DNA of 52,827 nt from Chara braunii. Lineage: Eukaryota > Plantae > Charophyceae. The DNA lies in assembly GCA_003427395.1 (NCBI GenBank), contig BFEA01000039.1:4444536-4497362 (forward strand). Reading direction: 5' to 3'. The position numbers and the translations under genes are program-made. The notes under the pieces are model-generated. The model was not told where the DNA came from and made no database searches. It saw only the letters and a list, made by a program, of their open reading frames with translations. Positions 10,917 to 21,886 of this stretch are shown piece by piece. Each line of letters starts with the position of its first letter. Within the stretch, counting starts at the first letter, position 1.

Positions 10917-12026
10917 AAAACAACCAGATGGCCAGAAAAAAAGGTATTGGATCAGGCTGCAGGCTGTTCTTTGGACGGTTACGCTTAGGGATAGATGTTG
11001 TTGGGTTGATCGGTGTCTCATCCATCAGAATGTCGGCTGTGACGCTCATAGAGTTTTAACCATGGACAAGCTCAGAGAGTTTTTAACTTTCAACCATGAA
11101 CAGGGTCATAGAGTTTTAAGTTTTAACCCTGGGTGGAGTTCCTCAGGGCTGCCTTTGTTTCCTGAATAGGGCGGCTGGGGCGCATTTGGTGGTAATGCTG
11201 TGGGGCGGTTTCAGTTTGGGCTTTTGGGTTTTATGAACGTCCTATTGAGTGAATCAATATTTTATTATTTTCCGTTGCTGTGTGAAGTTCATGTTGACCA
11301 AGTTCATTGATGGACTGTGCTTCGTAGGAACATTGGAAAAAAAAAAAAAAAAAAAAAAAAAAAGATTCGAGGCCTGCGTAATTCATATTTGGTGATGGGT
11401 ACTGAATCTACTGATTTCTGTTGCTGGTTGGCTTGACAAGTTTGTTCGAGGGCTTATATTTGTTTGTTCATTCGTTTTTGGTGTGCAAGTGCACTTTCCG
11501 CAGATGGGCAGGTCTGTACTACTCTGTAGGCACCGGGCACGCGACTGCAGAGACATGGCCCACCTTGCACTCTGATTATTATCATTGTCTATATGTTGGG
11601 ATGGATTGAGGTTGATTTGGGGGGATTTCTATCGACGCGCACAGGCACAAGCACACACATGCATTGACAATTCGACATCATATGATGTAGGAGTACAGCA
11701 GAGAATGCTAGGAAGTCGATCGTGACCCAGGCGCTATCGCTACCGTAGTTTAGTGGCTTTGCTGAAGATGAAGCAGTGATGGGAAGATTGGTGATTGGGG
11801 GGTGCAATGTTTCATATGGAACGGTAGAGGACAACAATCAGTAGAACGATCAGAAGCAGAAGCGTCAGTGACAGAAGTGCAGTAGAAGAATCAAACGAGC
11901 GCTGAAGAACGAACCAAACCAACTACCAGAAGAATCAACCAAAGTAGGGGGGCTTATCCTGGCTTGAGCGTTTTGGAGTGAATCCGGCCTTAATTATTAT
12001 GGATAAATGCCTGCAGGACAGTCCTA

Positions 12027-12131
12027 CCTTCTTCCCCCGAATACAACGTACGGTCATTATAGCTGTATCTAGACTGAAAGATGCCTCAAATACAGCTATA
12101 ATGACCGTACGTTGTATTCGGGGGAAGAAGG
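12027..12131. mobile_element. MITE family 1 copy (MED4 intron 1)
   Basis: CTA|CCTTCTTCCCCCGAATACAACG...CGTTGTATTCGGGGGAAGAAGG|TAG. Confidence 0.8.
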
Positions 12132-12347
12132 TAGTAGTGTGCGAACGCCGTTAGGGTTTCCAGGTTGGGAAAGGAGTTAGTGCGTCCGAAGTCGGCGCGG
12201 ATGTCAACGATGTGGAACCAAAATCTGAAGAGCGGAATGGAATACAGTTCAATACACTCTCCATGTCCCCCCAGCACCCACCTGTCGAAGAATTATTGGG
12301 GAGAAAAGAACTTCAAGAAGGTGATTTCGTGTTAGGGGGTGAGCTAT

Positions 12348-12385
<38 letters not shown>

Positions 12386-12439
12386 CAAGGGGTGAGCTAT
12401 CTCTAAACATCAGAATTGTAAATTTTTCGAGTTCAACTA

Positions 12440-12550
12440 CCGTCTTCCCCTGAATACAACGCACTCCCATCTTGACTGGTATCGGATCGAAAACTATTAT
12501 TAGCTTGTATACCTTGAGAATCAGGCTGTGTTGTGTTCGGGGGAAGATGG
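12440..12550. mobile_element. MITE family 1 copy (MED4 intron 1)
   Basis: CTA|CCGTCTTCCCCTGAATACAAC...GTTGTGTTCGGGGGAAGATGG|TAG. Confidence 0.75.
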
Positions 12551-13208
12551 TAGCAAGGACGCATTTGAAAACACAGCATTCGATTATTAGGATTTGGCAA
12601 AATCACACAGTTCGTTTTGAGATGTGTTCTATCGGCATTTCAGTTTATTTTTTCAGAAAAAAAAGCTGTCTGCGGCTCATACAGGGACGGCTTTTTATAT
12701 CCTACGGACCTGCACTATTCTCTTCTCTCAATATCGAGATGGGCGCACACTACGTACCCAGGGGCTCTAATGTAATGCTTTTTCGTATGTGTATTGGTCG
12801 CTAAACGTTATGGGTTTCCAGCTTCCCAACCCACCCACCCCCCACCCCCGCACCTCTCTCTCCCCAGTGTTGAACCAAGTCCCGCCTGGTTTAAATCTGC
12901 TCTACTCTGTGGTGGGGTAGTACCCAGGCTCGTAACCCCTGTTGCTATATGACAGTCTCTCCTCTCCTGCCAAAATTAATGAGGGGCAGCCAACCACTTA
13001 TCTCAGTTGGTGACCTCAAAGTGTGCTGCAGGAGGCTGCGGGGGGTCGAATGGATGGCGTGGGGAATGGAAACTGCGAAACTCCTGAATGTCACTCAAGT
13101 GTTCTATCGGCTTTTCATAAGAATCTCTGTGAGCTTTTGCCTGTGTACAATTCTCCGGAGACAGTGAATAGCTTCTGGCCTACCAATGTGTGAATGCGAT
13201 GTTTGTTT

Positions 13209-13239
<31 letters not shown>

Positions 13240-13369
13240 ATCTTTGAGGCATTGGGATCTTAACTGGAGGAGATCGCAGAATGTATGCCCATTGGTGTGC
13301 CTGCGCGTGAATGTAAATTTACTAATTACATAAATTGCGTGAGCTAGTGCTCATGTGTGCATTTCTTAG

Positions 13370-14416
13370 GTCTTGGAATCTACCCTGGAGGAGTTTGCGG
13401 CCTACAAGCGACCGAGTTTGAAGAGGCGGGGAGTCGAATCGTCACAGGAGGACGCAAGGATGGTGGTTGAAGGCCCGTCGAAGCAGGACCTGATCGATGT
13501 TCAGGACCTGATCGCATATGCGCACAAAATCAGTTACTCGACATTTGCTCCACCAGAGTTCGCAAGTGGGCAGGCTCCTCTGCGGGGGTTTCAGCCACCT
13601 GCGCCGCAGGACGAACATTTGCGGGCCTCACAACTTTATCTTGTCAAAGATGTGGACCTAGGAATACCCCCGGAACCAATTCTGAAGGACGAGGACGAGG
13701 ACGAGGAGGAGGAGGAGGAGGAGGAAGAAGAGGAGGAGGAAGAGGACGAGGACGATATGGAAGGGGAGGAAGAGGCGGCTGCAGGGAAGCTTGTGACTCC
13801 TCTGGGTGCAGAAAAACCACCCCCGGATATATTGCCCAACATCCCGCCCATCTTGCCACCAGGAATTGGACCTGTTGTCCCGCCACCCGGCTGGCGGCCA
13901 GGCATGCCTGTCGAACTCCCGAAAGACCTTTTGTCGGGCTTACCTGGACTACCAGGGTTACCAGGACTACCAGGACTACCAGGACTACCAGGGCTACCAG
14001 GGCTACCAGGGCTACCACCAGGTCTGGAGCTGCCACCCATGCCACCTGGCTGGAAGCCCGGAGACCCAGTACCGATCGATCTGCCGGCCCCGCTTCCACC
14101 TGTTGTTCCCTCGGAGGTAGCGGTCACTGTGCCACGCCCGGCAGTGGCGAAGGAACCAGTTGCCACCGCTGCTCCCACACCGTCGACTGCTACACCAACC
14201 ACGACACGACCTGCTTCAAGACTCACGCCTCCAACCGCTGCTCCATCCTCAACAGCACCCCAGCAGCTGCATCCACCAACTGCAACACCAGCAGCTCCAC
14301 CGCCTCCTGTACTGCAGCCGCGCCCGCCAACGGCAACAGCAGCAGCTCAACTGCCACCTGCTCCACCAGCAATGCCCACAACAGAGGCAGGGGTCACACA
14401 TGTTCCATGGGTGGAG
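13370..14416 (+). CDS. MED4: MED4 coding exon 2
   Basis: Acceptor TTTCTTAG|GTC at 13369/13370 gives VLESTLEEFAAYKRP. Contains AYAHKISYSTFAPPEFASGQAPLRGFQPPAPQDEHLRASQLY and two PPGW(R/K)PG motifs typical of plant MED4. Donor GAG|GTAAAG at 14417. Confidence 0.93.
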
Positions 14417-14742
14417 GTAAAGCTCTTATGTTCCTCTCTGCTCCGTTCCCGCTTTGCCTGGCATGTTATTTGCAGCCTTTAGTGGAATTGAAGTCCCTCA
14501 TGTACTGGGGTCGGTGGTGGCGCAAGAGGTGGGAAAGAGGAGGGGGGGTGGGAGAGGGAATACTGTTCACCGTGATGGACCACCTCTGGGATTTTGTAGG
14601 TTTGGAATCGTTTTGGATGCAATTTTCTGGGTTTGTCGAATTTTGTTTTACTTCTTGCCTTGCATTTGGATATTGTGTACATCCTGAGTGTGGTTGGCTA
14701 GCTGCTGTGCGTTTTGTTTGTTGTAATTTTATTTATTTATTT

Positions 14743-14848
14743 ATTTGGACCATTTATCGATTAATGTGTGTCATCCTTGTGCAGGGGCCATGCAAATCTT
14801 TTTGCTCTGTATCGTTCCAATTTTAACGCATGTCCTGTCCTGAAGGAC
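14743..14848 (-). pseudogene. U6: Full-length U6 snRNA retropseudogene, antisense in MED4 intron 2
   Basis: Reverse complement reads GTCCTTCAGGACAGGACATGCGTTAAAATTGGAACGATACAGAGCAAAAAGATTTGCATGGCCCCTGCACAAGGATGACACACATTAATCGATAAATGGTCCAAAT, i.e. plant U6 with substitutions. It is followed by an (AAAT)n tail and flanked by the direct repeat TTTGTTGTA (14717-14725 and 14850-14858). Confidence 0.88.
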
Positions 14849-14944
14849 ATTTGTTGTACCTTATTGATGAAATGTGTCATTCTTTTGTTGGTGTGCATGT
14901 ATGCTGTAATTGCTCTGACACATTACTTTTTCTCGGTGCTCCAG

Positions 14945-15031
14945 ATCGATCTCAATCCGGAATTGTCAAATTCAGCTTCGTCAGAGCCTTACAGCGATGA
15001 GTTTGAGGATGACGATGATGATGACGATTAA
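14945..15031 (+). CDS. MED4: MED4 terminal coding exon (IDLNPELSNSASSEPYSDEFEDDDDDDD*)
   Basis: Pyrimidine-rich acceptor ...TCTCGGTGCTCCAG|ATC, phase 0. Supplies the Ser/acidic C-terminal tail expected for plant MED4. Stop TAA ends at 15031. Confidence 0.8.
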   Translation: MDLNPELSNSASSEPYSDEFEDDDDDDD

Positions 15032-15214
15032 GAAGACTGCTTGCAATGCAAGTAGCACGATTGTTAGCAGCCAATGGTGAGGTCCCCTCTCTCCTACACT
15101 TTTTTTGTCCTGCACTTCTTTCCCTAACTGCTAGGTGTTGTCTGTGAGATCCTCTCTCTCCTTGCCTCCCTACCTCCATCCTGCTCCCCTCCCCTTCCTC
15201 ACTGTCTGCCCACA

Positions 15215-15280
<66 letters not shown>

Positions 15281-15555
15281 NNNNNNNNNNNNNNNNNNNN
15301 NNNNNNNNNNNNNNNNNNNNNNNNNNNNNNNNNNNNNNNNNNNNNNNNNNNNNNNNNNNNNNNNNNNNNNNNNNNNNNNNNNNNNNNNNNNNNNNNNNNN
15401 NNNNNNNNNNNNNNNNNNNNNNNNNNNNNNNNNNNNNNNNNNNNNNNNNNNNNNNNNNNNNNNNNNNNNNNNNNNNNNNNNNNNNNNNNNNNNNNNNNNN
15501 NNNNNNNNNNNNNNNNNNNNNNNNNNNNNNNNNNNNNNNNNNNNNNNNNNNNNNN

Positions 15556-15680
15556 TGGATCAAACAAGGGTAAAGCCCCCAGGCCTATGGATCAAACAAG
15601 GGTAAAGCCCCCAGGCCTATGGATCAAACAAGGGTAAAGCCCCCAGGCCTATGGATCAGACAAGGGTAAAAGCCCCCAGG
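15556..15680. repeat. 32-bp minisatellite running into an N gap
   Basis: ATGGATCAAACAAGGGTAAAGCCCCCAGGCCT, about 4 copies. Confidence 0.9.
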
Positions 15681-16404
15681 CATTTGGAGAAAGCTGGAAG
15701 AGAGAGAAAGAGGCCAGCAAGTGTAGCCACATGGAAGGCACACATACCAAACAAGCCCCAGATTAAAGCATTCAAGGCCAAGTTTGGGTGTTGGCTAAGA
15801 ACTCGATTCTCTCGGCAAAGGCGGCGGTCATCCTGTATTATGCAATGGAGAAGGGCTGCAGATGCTCGTGTATGGCTGCCTGAGTGGCCATGGAAGGAGC
15901 GAAAGAAAGAGACGAAGCATGCTCTCTGTGTCAGTGACGTCAGGCGGCCGTCATCCTGTATGCAGGGAGAAGGGATGCAAACGCTCAGGTATGGTTGCCT
16001 GAGTGGCCATGGAAGGAACGGACGAAGAGATGAAGCATCCCCTCTGTATCGGCGATGTCACCTCGGAGAGCGGTTAACGTCGTGCTGAAAGCCTTACAGT
16101 ATCTTAAACCACCGGCGTGTTTGGTACTATCGGCCTCCTATTTCTGTGGAGGCAGACTTGCTGGAGTTCAGAAACATACTTTGTTCGGTGGAAAATCCAA
16201 TGTGCTTTCCTCGGTACCATCTGAAAGCGCATGAGCTCAGCCATCGTGGCTATCTTCGAAGGAAATAGCAAGCAAGTGATTCAGTGGTTCAAACCGCCGA
16301 TACCACGGTACCTGCCTCGACGACAAATCTGTGGGAATTTCTCGAGGACTGTTTCCAGTTCTGGTTGGAGCAGACCACAAGTTGGAAGGTGGAAACGCCC
16401 AGAC

Positions 16405-16592
16405 TTTGCTTTTTCGTCGCATGTCACGAGTTCGCTTTTTTTTTTCATCGCGTGTCACGAGTTCGCTTTTTCGTCGCATGTCACGAGTTCGTTTTTTGTC
16501 ACATGTCACGAGTTCGCTTTTTCGTCGCATGTCACGAGTTTTTCGCTTTTTCGTCGCATGTCACGAATTCGCTTTTTCATCGCATGTCACAC
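16405..16592. repeat. ~26-bp minisatellite
   Basis: GAGTTCGCTTTTTCGTCGCATGTCAC, about 7 copies with variable T-runs. Confidence 0.9.
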
Positions 16593-16933
16593 AGTTTTGC
16601 TGTTACGACCGGCTTGTGATAAAATGGAAGTGGTGTGCTGTTTAGGTATTTTTTATCGCTGAGCACGGTTTCAAATGCTGCCACAGCCCCATGCCGCCTC
16701 TGCACGTTGTCACCGGCCCAATCTGCAGCTCCTTGGTAACACAGCCACACTCCACAGGGGTTGTCGGAGGGAGTAACAATTTTGACGGAGCGTTTGAACT
16801 TTGAACGAAGGAGCAAGAGTGTAATTACTAATTACTAATTACTAATTTACTAATTACTAGTTACTAGTTACTAATTACCGTGGGTAGACTGAACTCTTCC
16901 TGAGGTATAGCTGAAAAATATTACTTATATCAC

Positions 16934-16964
<31 letters not shown>

Positions 16965-17230
16965 TGACCTTGTACGAGTAACCCCTGATTCACCTTTTTA
17001 TTTTTTATTTTTTTCAAAGTATTATTCAATTGTCATGGCGTTGAATATTTGGAATCAGCAGGGATGGCTAGGGCAGGAGCTATGGCAAAAGTTGTGCCAA
17101 GGTTGAACCATCCAAGAGCTGGCAGAGAGCCACTGGCCTTTTTTTTGTTTTTTTTTTCCCTTTAAAAAAAAAAAAAAATTGGACGATACTCCAATTCGTG
17201 GGGAGCAACACGACTGGGAATCAGCCATAG

Positions 17231-17329
17231 TCCGGGAAGAAACAATACATTCTTCTTAGGCCAGTGGCTCTGTCAGTGGCTCAGTGGCAGAGCCACTGGC
17301 CTAAGAAGAATGGATTGTTTCTTCCTGGA
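17231..17329. repeat. Long near-perfect inverted repeat (~45-bp stem)
   Basis: GAAGAAACAATACATTCTTCTTAGGCCAGTGGCTCTG ... CAGAGCCACTGGCCTAAGAAGAATGGATTGTTTCTTC. Confidence 0.85.
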
Positions 17330-17819
17330 TTAGGGCGGCTTGCATGGATGCCGACAAACTAAAAAAGTTTTGGATTGTTGCTGTTTGGCACATGCGGCCG
17401 CTTTATTTATTCGCGGTGTTTTTTTTTTGTTTTTTTTTTTTGGTAATTAATTCATGTGAATCAGTAGTTAGCGATCTAAAGTTAAAAAAGCTTGCGATGT
17501 GATGGGTCTGTGTTGAATATAGACAAATCACTGGGATTCCTTTTAGACAGTGATGACAAAGATTAAGTCGAGTTTTTTTTTTGTTTTGTTTTTCCCATGC
17601 TGATGGCAATTGGATTGGTTGAACCTGTCCGCTGTGATGCGGCCGAAATCGCCACTCATGGGTTTTGACAGTGCGCTGCGGACTTCTCCAGAAGATCGAC
17701 CTCTCTTTTTCAAGCGCTTTCTACTAACCAGCACGGACAGCGTTTCAAGCTACGACCCTGTCGAATGAGAAATGAAGTTTGATAGTCACCTAGTACAGTA
17801 CGCTACCGCTCTGAACTGT

Positions 17820-20215
17820 TTTTTCTTTTTTTCCGAAAATAACCCTTGCATAAGCCCTCGATCCCGGCGGTGATAAAAGAACCGTCCGAATTGAGGGCTT
17901 ATCTATCAGGCTGCTCCATCTATTGGTGGGGAGCAGCACCTGCTGGAAACCGGGTCCAGCATCCCATCGATACATCTTATAACACTGAGATTGATGTTTG
18001 TTGTTTCCTAGGACTCTGGTCGTTTCTGTCTCAGCCTGGGGCTCCATTGTCCCACGGAGCTGCCAGTATCACCCATCCCTTCTTGGAGCGCCGCTTTTCT
18101 ACGAGCCCAGCCCTATTCAGCAGCCCCCCTGTTCGTTATTGCTATGTCTGTCCCTTTAAACCCTTTAAGCCCTTAAAACCCTATACCCTCTCAAACCCCA
18201 TGCATAACACATTCGTGATCCTTGAAGCCTGAGGATCGGCAATGAGGTGGAATGCGATACAATGCGATGCGGCACTTGGTGTGTGATGTAGTCCTGCGCC
18301 TTGAAGAGTGCGGCCAGCAGACAGGGCCTATGTCCAGCTGCTGTGAAGAACATAGTCCGCCTCCCGTTTCCTGAGCCCCAGAGTCTCAGCATGTGGTGCT
18401 GTGCAGCTCGTGGGTGCAATTAGCAGTGCGCCGTTGGTTTCTAAACGTTTGAGGCACGACCCCAGGCACCCTTAAACCCTTGAACCGTTACATCGTAGAC
18501 TGGTCGATCGCAGTATCCCTTCGCTGGGCTGCATTCGTGGTCTGAGGGCCCTGCTCACTTGGATGTGTCGGTCTTCATAGTTCCAACTGCACGGCATGCG
18601 GCAGTGACACGACACCTGTTGCTCCAGTCATTGGTGCCATTACTGTTTTTGTCGTCTGTCACTCCAACCTTCATTTGTCCCTCGTGTTGTCTGGTGTGGG
18701 TTGTGGCCAATGCAAGCCATGTGTCAGCAAGGTAAGCGGTCGGGAGGACATGGGCGGGGGGAGGTGGCAGCGGGGCAGCGGGAGGGGGGAGGGGCATGNN
18801 NNNNNNNNNNNNNNNNNNNNNNNNNNNNNNNNNNNNNNNNNGGAGAGGTGGCGGTGGCGGCGGGGCAGCTGAGGGGGGGGGGGGGCAGTGGTGACTGAGC
18901 AGGTTGCAATTGGTTTGGCGGCGGATGTGGCAGTTGGCTCAGGAGGAGGACGAAGTTAGGTTGGAGATAGGGGACCAGGAAATCAGCTTCCTCTGCCAAG
19001 TGGGTTCCGTGGTCGTCCATGGTTTCCATATGATGTTCAGATCATTGGCCAGGACCGAAAACATTCCGTTCGGGTCCTGCCATATTTGCATGTAGGAGTC
19101 GCAGATTGCTTGTCTGGCAACAGGGTCTTTCTCTTCAAAGTGTTGTCGCTTCATGGACTTCCAGGCTTGCTGGGTCGCGGCCCTGATGGCTTCCACGATG
19201 GCTTGTTGTGCCTGCTGCAGGTCAAATTGGTGGTCCTTCCTTTCGAAGGAGCATCGGGCTCTCCAGCAAGTATGCGGAGGTGCAGCCTTGTGTAGGAGAA
19301 GAGGTTGGTTGCAAAGGGGGACCAGTGGGCCAGCAGCTGGCGCTTATCTCCCAGTAGCAGGAGCCCAAGATCCCAAGGGATATGGTAGCCAGTGAGGGAG
19401 TGGAAGGCCGCGTCCCACCACTGCCATAACTGGGTAACCATAGGAAACGCCAGCAGGCAGTGTTCGAGGGTTGCTGGGGCTGGCTGCCGGGACCTGCCAC
19501 AGTAGGCACAGGTGGGTGACGGCTTCCCTTTCTGTTCAAGGTCGGTTCGCGACACATTCCAGTCAGGGCTGGGGAGGCAACGGTGGAGGATCTGCCATTC
19601 CAGAGACCTGTGGTTCGTGGGCATAATTTTCTCGTATATGGACCAGGTAAAGGATTCTGAGAGCTTCGGCTCCAGTGGCGAGTCCCGTGCCCATCTGCCT
19701 GCTATTATGTGGTTGATCTGTTGATCCTGGCGAGATGCCCTGTACCCCCTTTTGTCTGTGTGTAATCCCATGTGTGCATGGGTTGAGATTCAGGCCGTTC
19801 CCATTCAGCCGGGTCGAAAGGGAGCTTGGCCACTGGCGTGGTGCTTTCGTATACATAGAAGCCATTCTCGGGGTCCCCCACCACTCTGACTTGCATCAGC
19901 CCTCCCCACTCATATGTTGTGTCCAGATCCTCCTTCCTTGTTAGTTTTGATAGCCTGGCTGTGGGTGATTGGGGCTCGTAGGCTTCCAGCTCACAGGGCC
20001 CATTGTTGTTTGCCCTAGCCCTGACCTTGTAGATGGTCATGGGGAGGGGCAGATCCGGGAATTTAATTACCCAGTCATTTTGCAGGACAGTGGGCCGTTC
20101 TGTAAGCGTGCGCTGCCAGGCCAGAGGGAGAGCCTCTCGCAACGGTCAGCCTTATCTTCCACGTTCTTTACATATTTGAGCTTCTCTAATTCGAGCATTT
20201 TTGTGCAAGAAGCAG
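17820..20215 (-). mobile_element. 5'-truncated, frameshifted L1-clade non-LTR retrotransposon (ORF2 C-terminus plus putative 3' UTR)
   Basis: Overlapping minus-strand ORFs 19705-20142, 19151-19771 and 18939-19196 include WQILHRCLP...CAYC...TLEHCLL..PMVTQLW, a degenerate zf-RVT CCHC motif. The T-tract near 17820 is a candidate poly(A) end; that 3' boundary is inferred. Confidence 0.75.
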
Positions 20216-20584
20216 AGTGGGCCTCGGTCCGCTAAACTCAAAATGTGCAAAACGAGAGTGGATCTCCTGCTAGAACATGGAAAGATACACCGTCATGATT
20301 TTTGTCTTTTGTGCATGGTGAGAGTAGTGGAGCGAGGCCCAGAGTGTCTGTATCTGGGATTAGAGTATCATTATACCCTATGCGAGCCATTCACCAAAAG
20401 CAAGCAAAAGTGTGGCCAGCGTGGACGAGGAGAAGGGATGAGAATAAAAGTGGCATGGAAGGAGAGAAAAAGGTATGTTGTCAACTTGTCACCCACACAA
20501 GGTTATGGGTTAAAAAAAGAAAACAGTTATGTTGTCACCCAGCCTTCTTTCTGGCTGAATGCTAGACACACGTCTAGATGTTAA

Positions 20585-20738
20585 ACCATCAGTACTTGCT
20601 AAAGTCGTGCCCGTTAACAAGCCACGGGTTTAGGAAACGTACGGGCAACTACAGGAGCGCCCAAATTCATCCGACTTGAAATGTTTCTACTCTATTTTTT
20701 TTTTTCCGCGGCTGATAGCAGGGCCAAGCACTCGTGGT
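20585..20738. mobile_element. TTAA-flanked MITE family 2 copy
   Basis: TTAA|ACCATCAGTACTT...AAGCACTCGTGGT|TTAA; internal sequence is the reverse complement of the 52148-52298 copy. Confidence 0.75.
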
Positions 20739-20829
20739 TTAATCAACATAGCATGATTTCAAACCTCAGCTAAGACCTTCCACTAAACCACAAGAAACAA
20801 AAGTGTTCCAGGTAAACCGATCATGATAA

Positions 20830-20861
<32 letters not shown>

Positions 20862-21387
20862 TTCTACTGAAAATCTTCTTCTTTTATTTTTTATTTTTTT
20901 TAATGGGCCCAGTGCCCAAGGCTCCAATTATGAATTTGATTACAACATGTAACCACACGCCTCTTACCTTAGCTAAAACCTTCTACCAAACCATATGATT
21001 GGATTGATCCAATCATATGTTATGAGCTCAACCCTTCTAAACCCTAAACCCTAAACCACAAGAAAAAAGTGTTCCAGGAAGGAATAAATGAAACTGGGAT
21101 GGGAAAAAAAAAAAAGGTCATTTCAAAGGTTTCCAAGGACGCTTACTACTTTGTTTTTTGTGCTGAAGACTTGGAGGGTACCCCGGAACATCACCGTCTT
21201 TGTGTGACTGGGGATCAGGATTTGAACTCGCGATCTGTTTACTAACGGTTACACTGGTGTACCATTCAGTAACATGGGCGGGGTCGCCAGCTTGCTGATG
21301 ATAATGGACAGCAGGACACAATTTTTGTAAAAATAACTTGAGAAAAATCAGAAAAGAGATTTCGGACTTAAATCTTAACATCCGTTT

Positions 21388-21420
<33 letters not shown>

Positions 21421-21782
21421 GGTCCATCTGTTTGGAGGGGTGATATGAGCAGCCCCACTTAACAGCCTTTCTGGTTGCTCCAATCTATAGGTGGGGAGCG
21501 CGACCTGCTGGCAATGGGGTCCAGCAGTGGCGTCCCGGAGCATGTAGTTTGCCGTCTGCAAACCACCCTTTTTTCTTTTGCGGCAAGGCAGTAATGTGTG
21601 TGCATTGTCATTCGCCCAAATAGAACGTATGCCCATTATGCCTGTATTTGGGGCAACTTTCAGTCTACATGCAACGGATAATTACTGTATGTACTATTGT
21701 TGGGGGGGGGGAGGGGAGACGGTAGCCTTCGGAATCCAATCCGGTATGATGGTTGAGCAGCAATCTCTGCGTCGTTCTCCTA

Positions 21783-21886
21783 CCCTCTTCATCTGAATAG
21801 AACGCGCGGTTATTCAGTGTATTTGGCACAGCTTTCAGTCCAGATGCAGGGGTAAGTACCTTGTCTCCTTTTCCGGTGTAAGACTG
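21783..21886. mobile_element. MITE family 1 copy (degenerate); a further partial copy ends at 21722
   Basis: CTA|CCCTCTTCATCTGAATAGAACG...CCGGTGTAAGACTG|TAG with the shared TTTCAGTCCAGATGCAG core. Confidence 0.65.

Noticed and set aside
13636-14226. Antisense ORFs over MED4 (and 43518-44748 over eIF3m)
   Set aside because: Shadow frames of GC-rich or repetitive coding sequence.
4597-14848. Functional U6 snRNA genes
   Set aside because: All copies have indels or substitutions in conserved regions, several have A-rich tails, and no upstream USE/TATA promoter was recognised; called pseudogenes.
16405-16592. CRISPR-like regular repeats (also 15556-15680)
   Set aside because: Direct tandem units with no unique spacers and no cas genes, in a eukaryotic context.
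21037-21057. CCCTAAA telomere-type motif (also about 18155-18180, 25647 and 44813)
   Set aside because: Only 1-3 units each; too short for an interstitial telomere call.
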